64,000 nt of DNA from a virus (IMGVR_UViG_3300033069_001536:2386-66385); one strand, 5' to 3'. Shown: positions 25,946 to 37,067, numbered from the stretch's first letter. Made by a program: numbers and translations. Notes: generated by a model not told the origin, from the sequence alone.

Positions 25946-27828
25946 GTATTGAAATCATAAATAAGGACAACCGAAAGTGTCCTTTTATTTTTACAGGTCA
26001 TCCCAAAAACTTCAAGACTAAGTTAGAAGAGCAGAAGTATTGGGCTGAAGAGTACAAGCGCTGGCTAGAAGGGTATAATGGATTAACAGGAAGACATTAT
26101 TTCTATTTAAGTATGGGGCACCTGAAGCCAGTTCAGGGTATGCCGATTAGACCGGTATGGAGAGATGTGGATGCGATGATTTTTGAATCCGATGCAGAAA
26201 CACGCAGAATTGGTCACACACTTAATATAATAAAGCGAAGAGAGGTCGGATTGACTTCTGTTTATGGCGGTAATGAACCGATCTATAATTGTCTGACAAT
26301 GCCAGGATCAATAAACTTGATTACTTCCGCAGATAAGACAAGGGTGAAAAACCTTTTTTCAGATAAAACAATGTTCTTTTTTGATCATCTTGAGTTACCG
26401 GATTATATGATTCCGCACAAGAAGTCTGAACGTCAGGAAGGATTTTTGAACTTGGCTTCCAAAAAGAACAAAGGTGGTGTCGGTGCAGGATCTCAAGTGT
26501 ATTGTCTGGAAACTGCCGATAATGATAAAAGCGCAAAAAGATTCGAAACTTTCCGGGCAATGAGTATCTTTTTGGATGAATTATTCTTACATCCAAGAGC
26601 TGACACGGTATTTAAAAGTTCTCAGGCCTGTCTTCGTCAGTCTTTCGAAACCATCGGGCACATGGTAATTGGTGGAAGTTGTGGTGGAGAAACCGCAGAT
26701 GAAATTGCTACTCTGAAGAAAAATGCCAACATGGTTGAAGAGATGATCGGTGATGCCGATGCTCTTGATATGACTGTTGTTTTTATTCCGGGAACATTGG
26801 GGATAAATGGCGCAGATGAATTGGATGACAATGGAAGAAAGACAGGAAACCGACTTTCTTTTATGGAAAACGGTTATTCAAATGTTGAAAAAGCGAAGGA
26901 ATGGATTGAAAAGAAAAGAACAGCATTAAAAAGAGCGAAGGATCAGTCTCACTATAACAACTTTGTCAAGTCCTATCCTCTGACAATTGAAGAAGTTTTT
27001 GAAATAAATCGGGCTGGTATCATGCCTCCGGAAGTCTACGAAAATCTTCAGGCTGCGAAAATTAAGATTGAAGAGAAAGGTGGAAACAAGTTCTTTTCCA
27101 TGCGGAAAGATTCTCAGACAGAGAAATTCGAAATAAAAGAGAATCCGAAAGGTAAATTTGTGATCATTGCGGATCCGGATCCCGTTAAAACCTATTTAGC
27201 CGGGATTGATCCTATTCCTTTTAATCAATCTTCCATAGCAGACGAAGGTTCAGAATATGCTTTGATGGTGTATTGTCTGGAAGATGAAGCGCCGGTAGCG
27301 TATTATGCAGAGCGAAATCTGGACGCTGATTACTGTGTTGGTCAGGGAATTTTGCTGCAAGAACGATATAAGTCGATAGAATTTCCAGCAGGGGCACCAG
27401 CAATGATTGAAAATAATCGAGGTGAGGTGGCTATTCGTATTTACAAAGAAGAAGAAAAGTATGTTTTACTTGCTAATCGGCCTAAGAATCTGGGCTTTAT
27501 CTACGAGGAGAAAAGTGCCGGCGAAAAGAAAGGTTGGTACAGTAATGATAAAACGATTGCCAGGGCGAATACTTATGCAGTAAATATTTTAAAATCCTAC
27601 GGAGATCGAATTGGACTTCGAAGGCTCGTAGATGAAGCGGCTAGATGGCCAACAGGTAACAATGACTTGTTCGATGCACTGAAAAGTCTTGGACTATTCC
27701 GGGAAGAGTACATATTGGGAAAGAAAAAGACTCAGAAGATTGGAGTGAAATATGTAGACATTCCGTATTACGCTCCTGATAAAAGTGGTCGCATGGTTCG
27801 TCACTGGAAAAGACAGGAAATCAAATGA
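25942..27828 (+). CDS. terL: terminase large subunit
   Basis: IIKRREVGLTS Walker A-like, IFLDE Walker B, RNase H-like AGIDP and NNDLFDA; upstream of portal. Confidence 0.85.
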
Positions 27829-28157
27829 TCGATCAGGCAATTTTAGATAATCATGGCTTTTTAAGAAAGCGAACACCTAATCCGGCATATAATCAGCCGG
27901 GACTGGGACGATTTGAAGTACTGATCAATCCAGAAAAAGAGGAGTATGATTTCAAGGAGCACATCGCTATTTTGTCCGATCACTTTGACGTTATTATTCA
28001 ACACAAAAACGGAGAAGTATTGTATAGAGGAGAAGTTCGGGATGAAGCACATTTTGAGCAACTTTTAAAGAGTATGGAAGAAAAGTGTCTTGCTATCCGG
28101 ACCGCTGAAGAGGTGGCAAAGAAGAAAGATAAATTTGCTAAAAAGACGAGAAAATGA
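27825..28157 (+). CDS. hypothetical protein
   Basis: 110 aa, ATGA-coupled to TerL. Confidence 0.6.
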   Translation: MIDQAILDNHGFLRKRTPNPAYNQPGLGRFEVLINPEKEEYDFKEHIAILSDHFDVIIQHKNGEVLYRGEVRDEAHFEQLLKSMEEKCLAIRTAEEVAKKKDKFAKKTRK

Positions 28158-28651
28158 CGAAAGTGAAATTAAAGACGATTATTAGGAAGGAATATAAACC
28201 AACTGTAATCGGAACTTGGGCGGAGATAGTGGAATTTCCGGGAACCAGAGTGAATACAATCACTAATGAATTACTGGCTATCAGTCTTAATATATTTTTA
28301 GGTACTAAAGATAATTTTAAGAAATTCCTTACTTCAACTTATGATTATAAGGATTTTGGATCGAAGGCTTATCAGGCTGTATTTGTGTCTTTTGAATTTG
28401 ATGACAGAAAGTGGAACTGGATTAATATTCCCCAGATGGAGTTTACGGCTGAAGATTATGGTCTTTTTGTCCATGAACTACATCATTTTGTTCATATAGC
28501 GCTTCAGAACTGCGGTCATCGTTACGATATAGAGACTACTGAAGAACTATATGCTTCTGCTTGCGGATGGTTTATGGAAATGTCCATGCGTGCATTTGCT
28601 CAACTCAGAATATATGAAGCTGGGTTGAAAGTAAAAAAGAAGAAGAATTAA
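28154..28651 (+). CDS. zincin-like metallopeptidase domain protein
   Basis: LFVHELHHFVH HExxH plus downstream EELYA. Confidence 0.6.
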   Translation: MTKVKLKTIIRKEYKPTVIGTWAEIVEFPGTRVNTITNELLAISLNIFLGTKDNFKKFLTSTYDYKDFGSKAYQAVFVSFEFDDRKWNWINIPQMEFTAEDYGLFVHELHHFVHIALQNCGHRYDIETTEELYASACGWFMEMSMRAFAQLRIYEAGLKVKKKKN

Positions 28652-28704
28652 GCGACAAAATTTTTAATTCCTTGTTTATTTGACCATTATCCCTTGTTAT
28701 TTTG
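28650..28704 (+). promoter_or_regulatory. putative late promoter 1 (portal)
   Basis: AAGCGACAAAATTT box; TTATTTTG ends 54 nt after box start. Confidence 0.65.
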
Positions 28705-28709
28705 TGGGA

Positions 28710-30968
28710 ATGGGCTTTGAAAAAATTCCTTTAGAGGGAAGATCTGAATATTTACCGTCTCAGTTTGCAGACAAAACACCTTTATGGTGTTACGATAATG
28801 TACGCTATTTCCTTACCTACTATAATAACCGGAACAATTCCGCTTATTCTACTATGGTAGGTGACAATGCCGCAAACGGCGTGGGAAGCGGAGATCCTTT
28901 TATTACCAGACTTCCGCCGGTTCAGCACATGATCCGCATGATGCTCTATTATTTGGGCATGCAGCCCAATATGGACTATGCCTTTGTAAATGATGACCTT
29001 TCCCAGACTACCATGCAGTCCCTTTGGATCAATAACCAAACGGTGAAGGAATTTGTGGATTATTTCAAAGGAAATATGATGAGTAAGATCGTCCGGGCGA
29101 ACTGGACGGGAAAACCATTATCGGAAAGAGCCACTGCAGAACGTACTAACGCATGGAATAAGGAAATGATGGCTTACGACCTGAAACCTTATTTAAAGAA
29201 AATAGCCGAACAATTTGATGTCAATGTTAATGCCGGCCAGCAGGATTTTGAACTTCCTGAGCAGGTAGAGAAATGGATGGAAACTACCTGGAAAGAGTAC
29301 GGTGCCGAACTGGTAAGTGACATTTCCAACGGTATCTGGTTCTCGGAACAGTGGTGGAAGAAAGTGCTTCAGGCATTCATGCACATTGTCATTACTTCCC
29401 AGGGCGCCATGCACCATTATGTAGTCAACGGGAAAGCCAAGCAGGAGATCATTCCACCGTATGAACTGATCTTTGATAACCGGTCGGATGATGATTATGG
29501 TGAAGATGATCAGTTTATCGGAAGAGTCCGTTCTTTTACTCCTAACGAACTTTTTTCCCGTTATCCAGAACTGACCAAAGCCCAACGAAAAGAAATTGAA
29601 AATACTCTTGCCTCCGGAGAACTGAGAGGCGCTTATAATACAGCCCCAAATATCCTTTGGTGGGGAACTCGGCCGAAAAGAAATACCGTTTCCGTAGTTG
29701 AAATGTACTGGCGGACCAAGCGGAAGACCAATAAACGCATGGTCGTAACCGATACCGGAGAAGAAAAGCTGGCAAAAGCCGAAGATGATGATCCGACACA
29801 ATTCATTCATGATGATGTGTATCAGACTACGGTAATCGGGAATATGTTTGCCGGAAGAATGGGCTACATCAGTAATTTAGTTGAAGATTTTGATGATTCT
29901 TCAAAACCTTTGATGCCGATCATTCGCTTCCGTCCGAACACTTTAATGGGAGAATCGATCAGTGAAGTATCGCGGATTGCTAAAATTGTGGATGAAGTGG
30001 ATTACCTGGATTACAAAATCCGGGAAATGGTGGGAAAGGCAAAAGGGAAAGTGTATTGGATCAACGGAGAGCGTTTTGATGAAGCATCCGGATTCCGTGG
30101 CTTTTTGGAGAACATCAATGCCATGGGTATCCATGTGGGTATGCCGTCCGGAGAAGACGAAAAAGCCGGTAATGCAGTGGAATTAATTGACTGGACGCTG
30201 GATCCGAACATCGATAAACTCTGGAATCTGACCAAAGAAAAGGAAGAGCGCATGAAAAAGATCATGAGCACCTCTGATATTTCCATGGGTCAGCAGCAGA
30301 CCTATACCGGTTATAAAACCACTCAAAGTACAATTGCCCAGAACTCACTCGGTACCGCTTACCTGTTCGATGGAACAATGGAGTGGATCGTATTAAATAT
30401 GAGGTATGCGGCCAATGTGCAGAAAAACATCTTCTGTGCAAATGATGATCTGGAAGCATCGATTGTAGTAGGTGATAGAGGAGTAGTTCAGTTAAAACTG
30501 TGGGAAGGTCTTTCTTTCGAACAGTTATATGTAGAACTCAATGTCAATGACCGTTTTGACGAAGAGCAGAAAAAGGCACTTTCAGATGTGGCTTTAGCCA
30601 ATGCTCAGAATAAAGAGATCACGATGCTAGATTGGATCAAGATCATGAAAGCAGATTCACTTACTGTTGCCGAAGACATTATGGAGCAATCCTTAAAAGA
30701 AACAGAAGTACGGAAAGAAAAAGAAGCGGCAATGGCCAATCAAGGAGCTACCAGTCAGATACAGGCTCAGGGTATGGTAGAAGCGGAACTTCAGCAATTG
30801 AAAGATGACAATGCCAATTTCAGGACCGTGTTCACGGAATTGAGCAAAAGTATGGCTCAGACGCAAGAAATGGTAATGCAAATCTTGCAAAGTCAGCCAC
30901 CGGCTTCTCCACTTCAGGGACAGATGGCGGGTGCCGATCAGCAACAAAGTGCCCCAATTCCTCAATAA
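28710..30968 (+). CDS. portal protein (crAss-like podovirus type)
   Basis: about 750 aa, follows TerL, Gln-rich coiled C-terminus; start re-called at ATG 28710. Confidence 0.75.
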   Translation: MGFEKIPLEGRSEYLPSQFADKTPLWCYDNVRYFLTYYNNRNNSAYSTMVGDNAANGVGSGDPFITRLPPVQHMIRMMLYYLGMQPNMDYAFVNDDLSQTTMQSLWINNQTVKEFVDYFKGNMMSKIVRANWTGKPLSERATAERTNAWNKEMMAYDLKPYLKKIAEQFDVNVNAGQQDFELPEQVEKWMETTWKEYGAELVSDISNGIWFSEQWWKKVLQAFMHIVITSQGAMHHYVVNGKAKQEIIPPYELIFDNRSDDDYGEDDQFIGRVRSFTPNELFSRYPELTKAQRKEIENTLASGELRGAYNTAPNILWWGTRPKRNTVSVVEMYWRTKRKTNKRMVVTDTGEEKLAKAEDDDPTQFIHDDVYQTTVIGNMFAGRMGYISNLVEDFDDSSKPLMPIIRFRPNTLMGESISEVSRIAKIVDEVDYLDYKIREMVGKAKGKVYWINGERFDEASGFRGFLENINAMGIHVGMPSGEDEKAGNAVELIDWTLDPNIDKLWNLTKEKEERMKKIMSTSDISMGQQQTYTGYKTTQSTIAQNSLGTAYLFDGTMEWIVLNMRYAANVQKNIFCANDDLEASIVVGDRGVVQLKLWEGLSFEQLYVELNVNDRFDEEQKKALSDVALANAQNKEITMLDWIKIMKADSLTVAEDIMEQSLKETEVRKEKEAAMANQGATSQIQAQGMVEAELQQLKDDNANFRTVFTELSKSMAQTQEMVMQILQSQPPASPLQGQMAGADQQQSAPIPQ

Positions 30969-31022
30969 AGCGACAAAATTTTTAATTGCGTGTTACAGAA
31001 GTGTAAGACGAACATAAATTCG
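30968..31022 (+). promoter_or_regulatory. putative late promoter 2 (scaffold/capsid)
   Basis: AAGCGACAAAATTTTTAATT (20-bp identity with 28650-28669); TAAATTCG ends at +54. Confidence 0.65.
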
Positions 31023-31040
31023 TAAAAAAAAGAAGATAAA

Positions 31041-32204
31041 ATGTTAGTACCAGAGACAAACAAGATTCAGGAACGTCAGGTTTCTGAGCAAATGCCAAGT
31101 GATCCAAGTAAGATCATGGAGACATTAATACAAGGATTACCGGTAGATGATGAAAAGAAAGAAGAAGAGCCGGTAATTGAAAAACAAGATGATGATGTTC
31201 CGGCGGAATTAGAGGATAAGCCCAAAAAACAGCCGAAAAAGACTAAAAAGGCAGAAAACGAAGAGAAGAAGGAAGAGACGCCGGTAGTAAAAGAAGAGAA
31301 TAAAGAGGGGGATGACGATCTTTCGGATGCTGACAAAGCATTCATAGCAGAAATGGAAGCGGATACTCCTGCGGGAGAAACAACCACAACCACTACTGCT
31401 ACCGATAAAAAGGAAAAGACAGAGGAGAAACGAACTCCTACTGAAAAAGAAGTGGCTTATGATCGTGCGGTGAGCAATCCGTTCATCAAAGCAGCACTGA
31501 CGTTCTTTGAAAATGGAGGCAATAACCCGAAAGATCTTATTAAAGAGCTGGGGTTAATGGAAACTCCAAAAACGATTGAAGATTACATCCGTCAGGAAGC
31601 AATAGATGCCGGTATCAGTGGCGAAGCACTGGACAAAGCGATCGCTGAAGAGATGGATGAATACGAAACTCTGACTTCAGTACAGAAAGCCAAAGCCCTG
31701 AAAAGATATCAGGAAACGGACAAACAGTTGCTGGACAAGAAGTTCGAAAATTATATTGTTGACAAATCAAAAGAGAGAGAAGTGATTCAGAAAATACAGA
31801 CTGAGGCTACTTCCCGCTTACAAGAAATAGTGAAGGATAAAGTCGGCCAAAAGATAGCTGGTGAGCTTATAGATGAACCTATGGCTCAGGAGATATTGAA
31901 CCGGGCTGCACTGACTGCCATTCCAATATATGATGACAAGGGAAATCTTGCTGGTTACGATGATCTTGAAAACTCAGTAGAAGATGCCATTTTTACCTTA
32001 TTCCGCAAACGGATACGTAAATATGACTATCAACTGGGATTCAAACAAGGAGCCAAGAAGCATTTGTCTGAAAGGCATCGCCCATCCGATAATACGGTAA
32101 CAGATGCGTCTCCTATCTTGAATGAATCGAAAGATGAAGAAAAAGAGCAGGTGGATACACTGATAAAGAATATGGGTTCGGGGATGCGTGCAAAAAGTAA
32201 TTAA
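31041..32204 (+). CDS. acidic scaffolding-like protein
   Basis: E/K/D-rich disordered N-terminus; lies between portal and capsid. Confidence 0.6.
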   Translation: MLVPETNKIQERQVSEQMPSDPSKIMETLIQGLPVDDEKKEEEPVIEKQDDDVPAELEDKPKKQPKKTKKAENEEKKEETPVVKEENKEGDDDLSDADKAFIAEMEADTPAGETTTTTTATDKKEKTEEKRTPTEKEVAYDRAVSNPFIKAALTFFENGGNNPKDLIKELGLMETPKTIEDYIRQEAIDAGISGEALDKAIAEEMDEYETLTSVQKAKALKRYQETDKQLLDKKFENYIVDKSKEREVIQKIQTEATSRLQEIVKDKVGQKIAGELIDEPMAQEILNRAALTAIPIYDDKGNLAGYDDLENSVEDAIFTLFRKRIRKYDYQLGFKQGAKKHLSERHRPSDNTVTDASPILNESKDEEKEQVDTLIKNMGSGMRAKSN

Positions 32205-32226
32205 CTAACTAATTTAAAAAAAACTA

Positions 32227-33594
32227 ATGGCAACTCCAAATCAAGTAGCAGTCAATTTTGAGAATAACGCTATTCTCAATGCGCTGAACCGACCTGATAA
32301 GTCGAGTGTGGTTTATGACCTTTCAGGAGGTTATAACTTTATTGACACTATCGTAACGAAAAACACTTCCCCAAGATCGGTAAACGGTCTGGAAGGTAAA
32401 TTTGAAAAACCGATCATCGGCCGTTCTGACACCGGAACACTGGTAGCATCGAACTCTTTATCAGGAACTAACCTGATCATCACATTCTCTGATCCTACAT
32501 TCTTAGGATATCGCGAAACAGAAGTAATTTCTGATGGTACTGCAGCTAACAACCAGGGACGTATCGTATCGGTATCTCCGGGAACAGTTACTGTTGAACC
32601 AATTGGTGGTGCTACTACCATGGCTACCACTCAATTCCCTGCAGGATCGTATGCGGCACGTATGTTCCAGTTATCCATTAACCGTGGATCGACCGGTATC
32701 ACATCGCTATACGAAGAACCGTTCTATGTATATAACTATACATCGATCTCCCGTGATTCAGTAGACTTCTACCGCCGTGACTTCTTCCAGACTTACCCGC
32801 TTTACAATGGTAAATACTGGATGTATGCTCAGGAAAAAGTAATGATGGATCGTTTTGCCCGTGGTATCGAAAGAAAAGCTCTTTTAGGTAAACGTGGTCA
32901 GAACATCACAACTGCATCAGGTGGTGGTAAATTCAATTCATCTCAGGGTCTTCGTGATGCTATCCTTGATCCGGATCGTGGTGGAACGTACCTGTCTTTG
33001 TCCAACGTGATGACTCAGGGACAATTTGAAGCCTTCTTAGGTCAGATCGCCGATCGTAAAAACGCATCTAAATACAAGATTCAGTTAGGTGTAGGTCGTG
33101 GTGCATTGAATGCAATCCAGAACTTTGTTCGTCCTTATATCCAGTATGCCGGTTCACAGAACACTTTTGGTGGTCAATCAGTGAAAGGTGTGGATGTAAT
33201 GTACTATGCACTCAATGGTATCGAAGTGGAAATGGCAATGATCCCGCTATTCAATGACAGAGAGCAATTCCCTGCCATGAGTACAATTCCGGGAACAGCC
33301 GCCTTCACCCGTATGCAGTACACGATGATCGCTTTTGATATGGATAATTATCCGACAAAAGGTGGTGGTGTGGCTCCTGCAATGGAGAAAGTGTACTTCG
33401 GAAACGAAGAGATGGTTTATGGTTACTTACCGGGAATGGTAGGTTCTGCAGCACAGCAAATGGCTTCAGGAGAATTCAGAACATCAGGAAACATTGCGGT
33501 TTCTGATCGTGACGGATCTTCAATTCAGCTTTACTCTGATTTCGCATTTGACTTTATGCCGTACCGTATGGGATGGGCTGAAATGTCTTCTTAA
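32227..33594 (+). CDS. major capsid protein (HK97 fold, crAss-like)
   Basis: 455 aa; position; YNYTSISRDS..ERKALLG..GLRDAI capsid-like segments; biased codon usage. Confidence 0.75.
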   Translation: MATPNQVAVNFENNAILNALNRPDKSSVVYDLSGGYNFIDTIVTKNTSPRSVNGLEGKFEKPIIGRSDTGTLVASNSLSGTNLIITFSDPTFLGYRETEVISDGTAANNQGRIVSVSPGTVTVEPIGGATTMATTQFPAGSYAARMFQLSINRGSTGITSLYEEPFYVYNYTSISRDSVDFYRRDFFQTYPLYNGKYWMYAQEKVMMDRFARGIERKALLGKRGQNITTASGGGKFNSSQGLRDAILDPDRGGTYLSLSNVMTQGQFEAFLGQIADRKNASKYKIQLGVGRGALNAIQNFVRPYIQYAGSQNTFGGQSVKGVDVMYYALNGIEVEMAMIPLFNDREQFPAMSTIPGTAAFTRMQYTMIAFDMDNYPTKGGGVAPAMEKVYFGNEEMVYGYLPGMVGSAAQQMASGEFRTSGNIAVSDRDGSSIQLYSDFAFDFMPYRMGWAEMSS

Positions 33595-33625
33595 TCATTC
33601 ACAATCTAAAAAAAAACAAAAAACC

Positions 33626-34417
33626 ATGTCAAATTTCAATTATAATTTCTCGTTAGGATCGGCTGGTACGGTGACTGCTGCTGCGGCAGATATCACTGTC
33701 AACAACCACATCTTAACTATTGGAGCAACAACACTTGCTCCACTTCCGGGAAGACAGCAAATTGATGTTCGTATGATCGAAAAGGCGGCGCTTGTGACTG
33801 CAGTAGCAGAAACTTCAGCCGTATGGACGATCACTCCGACAGCAGCAGCTTCTCAGGAATTCTCGATCCTGATCACTCAGATCATCAATGGAACGGCTCG
33901 TCAGATGGTAGCAACTGCCTACTCACTGGCTTCCGGATCAACAGCGACAACGATCTGTAATGATCTTCGTGCTCAGATCAATGCCAACACAACGATGAAG
34001 ATCACGGCTACAGGAACAACAACGTTGATCCTTACAGCTCAGTCAACGTATCCGATCATCGCTTCGGTGTCTCAGGTATCTCTTGGGTCCACTCCGGGTG
34101 TGTTTGCATCGATTACTAATACGACTCCTGGTGTAGCTGCCAGAGGTACGTATGCACAGTTGATCGCTCAGGGCGTAGATTCTACGATCATCGTTGCCGG
34201 TCAGTCGTACACGAACTTCCGTTTGCTTTACAGAGCAGCCTCTGTAAATGATCCGGCAGGAAATGTATCCCAGATGAGAATCGGGTTGAATCTCTATATC
34301 AATGCAGGTGCTACCAATTATGCAGCCCTTGCTACACGATTAGGAGAGATCATCGATGGATTCGGTGCTGCTGTAACTACCGCAGATCCAGAATTCCTGG
34401 CTCTTGCAGGTAATTAA
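33626..34417 (+). CDS. auxiliary capsid/decoration protein
   Basis: A/T/S-rich 263 aa directly after MCP and before a strong terminator; start re-called at 33626. Confidence 0.55.
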   Translation: MSNFNYNFSLGSAGTVTAAAADITVNNHILTIGATTLAPLPGRQQIDVRMIEKAALVTAVAETSAVWTITPTAAASQEFSILITQIINGTARQMVATAYSLASGSTATTICNDLRAQINANTTMKITATGTTTLILTAQSTYPIIASVSQVSLGSTPGVFASITNTTPGVAARGTYAQLIAQGVDSTIIVAGQSYTNFRLLYRAASVNDPAGNVSQMRIGLNLYINAGATNYAALATRLGEIIDGFGAAVTTADPEFLALAGN

Positions 34418-34430
34418 CAATTAACCAATT

Positions 34431-34463
34431 AGTGAGGCAGAGAAATCTGCCTCACTTTATTTT
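34431..34463 (+). terminator. intrinsic terminator
   Basis: perfect 10-bp stem AGTGAGGCAG/CTGCCTCACT followed by TTATTTT. Confidence 0.85.
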
Positions 34464-34492
34464 ATAAAAAGAAGAAAAACAAAAAAAAGAAG

Positions 34493-35581
34493 ATGAAAAG
34501 AGAAATTAAAGTATTGCCGACACTCTTCACAGACTGTCTGTTTCCGGGATCATACATCCACAGAGGCGTAAAAAGAGTTCTGATCAGTGAATATGAATTC
34601 AAGGAATTCCCTGCCAACACACCATTAAAAGACATTCCCGATGAAGTGAATTTTTCATTCGGAAAGAAAAGAGCACAGATGATTCTTTCATGGGAAACCA
34701 AAGAAGATGGAACTGCGCTTGATCCATGGAATGACGGAAAACGAAATACCGTAGAACGCTTTTATATGGAGCACCCTTCTACGATGATCAACGGAAAGTT
34801 CCATAAATATTCCATTCCTAATCAGGGGCTTTATTTTGACCTTGTGGATGTGAACATGAAAGTGGTCACTGACTACCAGGAGTGGGAAACCAAAAACAAA
34901 ATTGCCGGATTCTTAAATGAGCAGTCTTTTGAAAAGATCCGCGACATCGCTTATTTCTACAGTGTGATTCCAACCGGAAAAACACAACGACAACTGGTGC
35001 TGGAACTGGCGGATTTCAACAAAGGAAAACTGTTCGTAAAAGACATCAACCAGAACTCATTGGCCGACAACTTTGTATCGATCTGGATCAAAGAAGATCA
35101 GGGCGATAAGAACTATGTGGTCAATGTCAAGAAAGCGATTTCTCTGAACATCATCGAACAGCGAATGAAAGATGGTGTAACGGCTTATTATGTAGGTACC
35201 GATCTGGTCGGAACTTCTGAAACCGATGTAGTGAAATTCTGCAAGCTGAATCTGGATGTGTATGAAAAAGTGATCGTTCCGGGTATCCGCGACTATGACA
35301 ATTTCTCTTCGGAAGAAGCAGCCTCAGAAACAGAAAAGAATATGGTCAACATCGTTCCTTCTGATATGGCACAGATCATCCGCAAAAGAAGTCACGCACT
35401 TGATTTGTATGATGAACTGTTCAAGAGCAAAGCCAATGGCGGATTAGGTCTTGGAACAGCGGTAAAAGTAAAGCGTAAACTGATTGAACGTCCGGATATC
35501 AGTATTGCCAAACTGGATGAATTCATTCAGACCATGGAAATACAGAAAGCGGAAATCCTTCAGGAAAGAGCAGAAGCATAA
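34493..35581 (+). CDS. conserved hypothetical head-module protein
   Basis: 362-aa ORF after capsid genes, as in crAss-like gene order. Confidence 0.55.
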   Translation: MKREIKVLPTLFTDCLFPGSYIHRGVKRVLISEYEFKEFPANTPLKDIPDEVNFSFGKKRAQMILSWETKEDGTALDPWNDGKRNTVERFYMEHPSTMINGKFHKYSIPNQGLYFDLVDVNMKVVTDYQEWETKNKIAGFLNEQSFEKIRDIAYFYSVIPTGKTQRQLVLELADFNKGKLFVKDINQNSLADNFVSIWIKEDQGDKNYVVNVKKAISLNIIEQRMKDGVTAYYVGTDLVGTSETDVVKFCKLNLDVYEKVIVPGIRDYDNFSSEEAASETEKNMVNIVPSDMAQIIRKRSHALDLYDELFKSKANGGLGLGTAVKVKRKLIERPDISIAKLDEFIQTMEIQKAEILQERAEA

Positions 35582-35605
35582 TAAATTAACTTTTAAAAAA
35601 GAAAA

Positions 35606-35854
35606 TTGATGAATAAGCAAGAAGCAATCAACAGCCTTCCGAAAAAAGAAGATCTGTATAATGACCTACCGGGAGCCGCTGCCGCATGGCAGAATGTGCC
35701 GGATGAGGTAAAGTTCGAACTGATCAAAGATGGTTCGGTCAGTGTTGATCATGTGACTTTACCCGGTCAGACGATCGTGTATCTGTCAGATGCAGCAGAA
35801 ACAAGTCAAATAACGTCTAAAAAGTCTTCCAAGAAAGCTAAAGACGAAGAATAG
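35606..35854 (+). CDS. small hypothetical protein
   Basis: 82 aa, followed by terminator. Confidence 0.55.
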   Translation: MMNKQEAINSLPKKEDLYNDLPGAAAAWQNVPDEVKFELIKDGSVSVDHVTLPGQTIVYLSDAAETSQITSKKSSKKAKDEE

Positions 35855-35879
35855 TGATTCATGTGGTGTGAATTTTATA

Positions 35880-35914
35880 AGTCCCGTTCTCTTTTAAAAG
35901 AAGCGGGACTTTTT
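35880..35914 (+). terminator. intrinsic terminator
   Basis: AGTCCCG..CGGGACT stem followed by T-run. Confidence 0.75.
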
Positions 35915-35924
35915 ACTATTTACC

Positions 35925-35979
35925 AAGCGATGAAAATTCACTGTTTGTGTAAAAATCACTGACTTTTCGGTTTACTTTG
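35925..35979 (+). promoter_or_regulatory. putative late promoter 3 (tail ring genes)
   Basis: AAGCGATGAAAATT variant box right after terminator; TTACTTTG ends at +54. Confidence 0.55.
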
Positions 35980-35984
35980 TAGTT

Positions 35985-37067
35985 ATGACAAGTGGCCTTG
36001 AACTAAGAAAATACTTCGAGAACAAAATTGACAAGAGCTATTCCAAGTTTGTAGACAACATCAAGCTGAATCGCATCTTCAAGATGGCGCTTTCCAATCT
36101 CTCGGAGAAAAAGTATATGGGACTCCAAACCCAGAAAGAGTATGATGAGATGCGTTTTGCCATTCATACGGAAATGGTGTTCCCGATCAGCAACAATAAG
36201 ATCTCTATTGCTCCGCTGATGATAACTAATATTACTACTGCCGGATTTATTGTTACTATCACCACACTCACCGATCACAATCTGGATGTCAATCAAGTGG
36301 TGAATATTTCAGGTGTGCAGGGACTCACCACTACTCCCAATATCAATGGAGAGATCACGGTCTACAACATCTCTTCTCCCAATACCTTTTCATTCATTGC
36401 TACGTTCATTGGTGGTACGTACACTGCTGATACCGGCATCATCACGCATAACCGGATGATCGATGATTATCTCCACTTGTTTGCCGTAAAATGCAAGACA
36501 AAAGAAAATATCAGAGGTCTGCAAGTGGCTCAGTGCTTAAACCGTACTCCGGTGATCATCATTTTCAATAAGCACAACAACCTGGCAACAGGAGAAAAAA
36601 TTGTCATCTCAGATCATCCGAACAACGATATCAACGGCACGTTTTACTATGAAGCAATTACTAGCAAAAAAGGAAGATTGTGGATGGATGAAACACGACT
36701 TCTTCCTGTAAGAGCAGCAGACAGCAATACGGCCGGCGGAAGTGTATCCAGAGTGTACTATGAATATGCAGAACCTCTGTATTCTGACCGTAAGATCAGT
36801 GCTTTCGAAGTCTCTACTCCGAATTCTCCAAAGGTCCAGACTGCCGATGCTTTTTTAAAGTTCTCTCCGGAAACAACAGAGATCACCATCGATTATTTCT
36901 CTTCCAATATTGCTCAGGTGGATGTGAGTAACAACACATTTGATCTTGAACTGGTCTATCCGTTCAAGCTCTTAATGAGACTGGTGGATGAGGCGATCAT
37001 GATCTATACTTCTCCTTCACGGGATGTTTTGCTGAACAACTTAACTGAAAGGGGCACTACTCCATGA
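35985..37067 (+). CDS. tail ring/adaptor protein with inserted beta-barrel domains
   Basis: MT..ELRKYFENKIDK..KLNRIF ring-protein-like N-terminus; two internal HNL..G..V.I segments. Confidence 0.55.
   Translation: MTSGLELRKYFENKIDKSYSKFVDNIKLNRIFKMALSNLSEKKYMGLQTQKEYDEMRFAIHTEMVFPISNNKISIAPLMITNITTAGFIVTITTLTDHNLDVNQVVNISGVQGLTTTPNINGEITVYNISSPNTFSFIATFIGGTYTADTGIITHNRMIDDYLHLFAVKCKTKENIRGLQVAQCLNRTPVIIIFNKHNNLATGEKIVISDHPNNDINGTFYYEAITSKKGRLWMDETRLLPVRAADSNTAGGSVSRVYYEYAEPLYSDRKISAFEVSTPNSPKVQTADAFLKFSPETTEITIDYFSSNIAQVDVSNNTFDLELVYPFKLLMRLVDEAIMIYTSPSRDVLLNNLTERGTTP

Noticed and set aside
28650-30987. 20-bp direct repeat flanking the portal gene read as a mobile-element or att boundary
   Set aside because: The same motif recurs before three other structural operons with fixed spacing to -7 boxes, which fits a promoter element better
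33494-33625. Read-through, frameshift fusion or long overlap between MCP and the next gene
   Set aside because: MCP ends in a clean TAA; no slippery heptamer seen; the downstream gene has its own A-rich start at 33626
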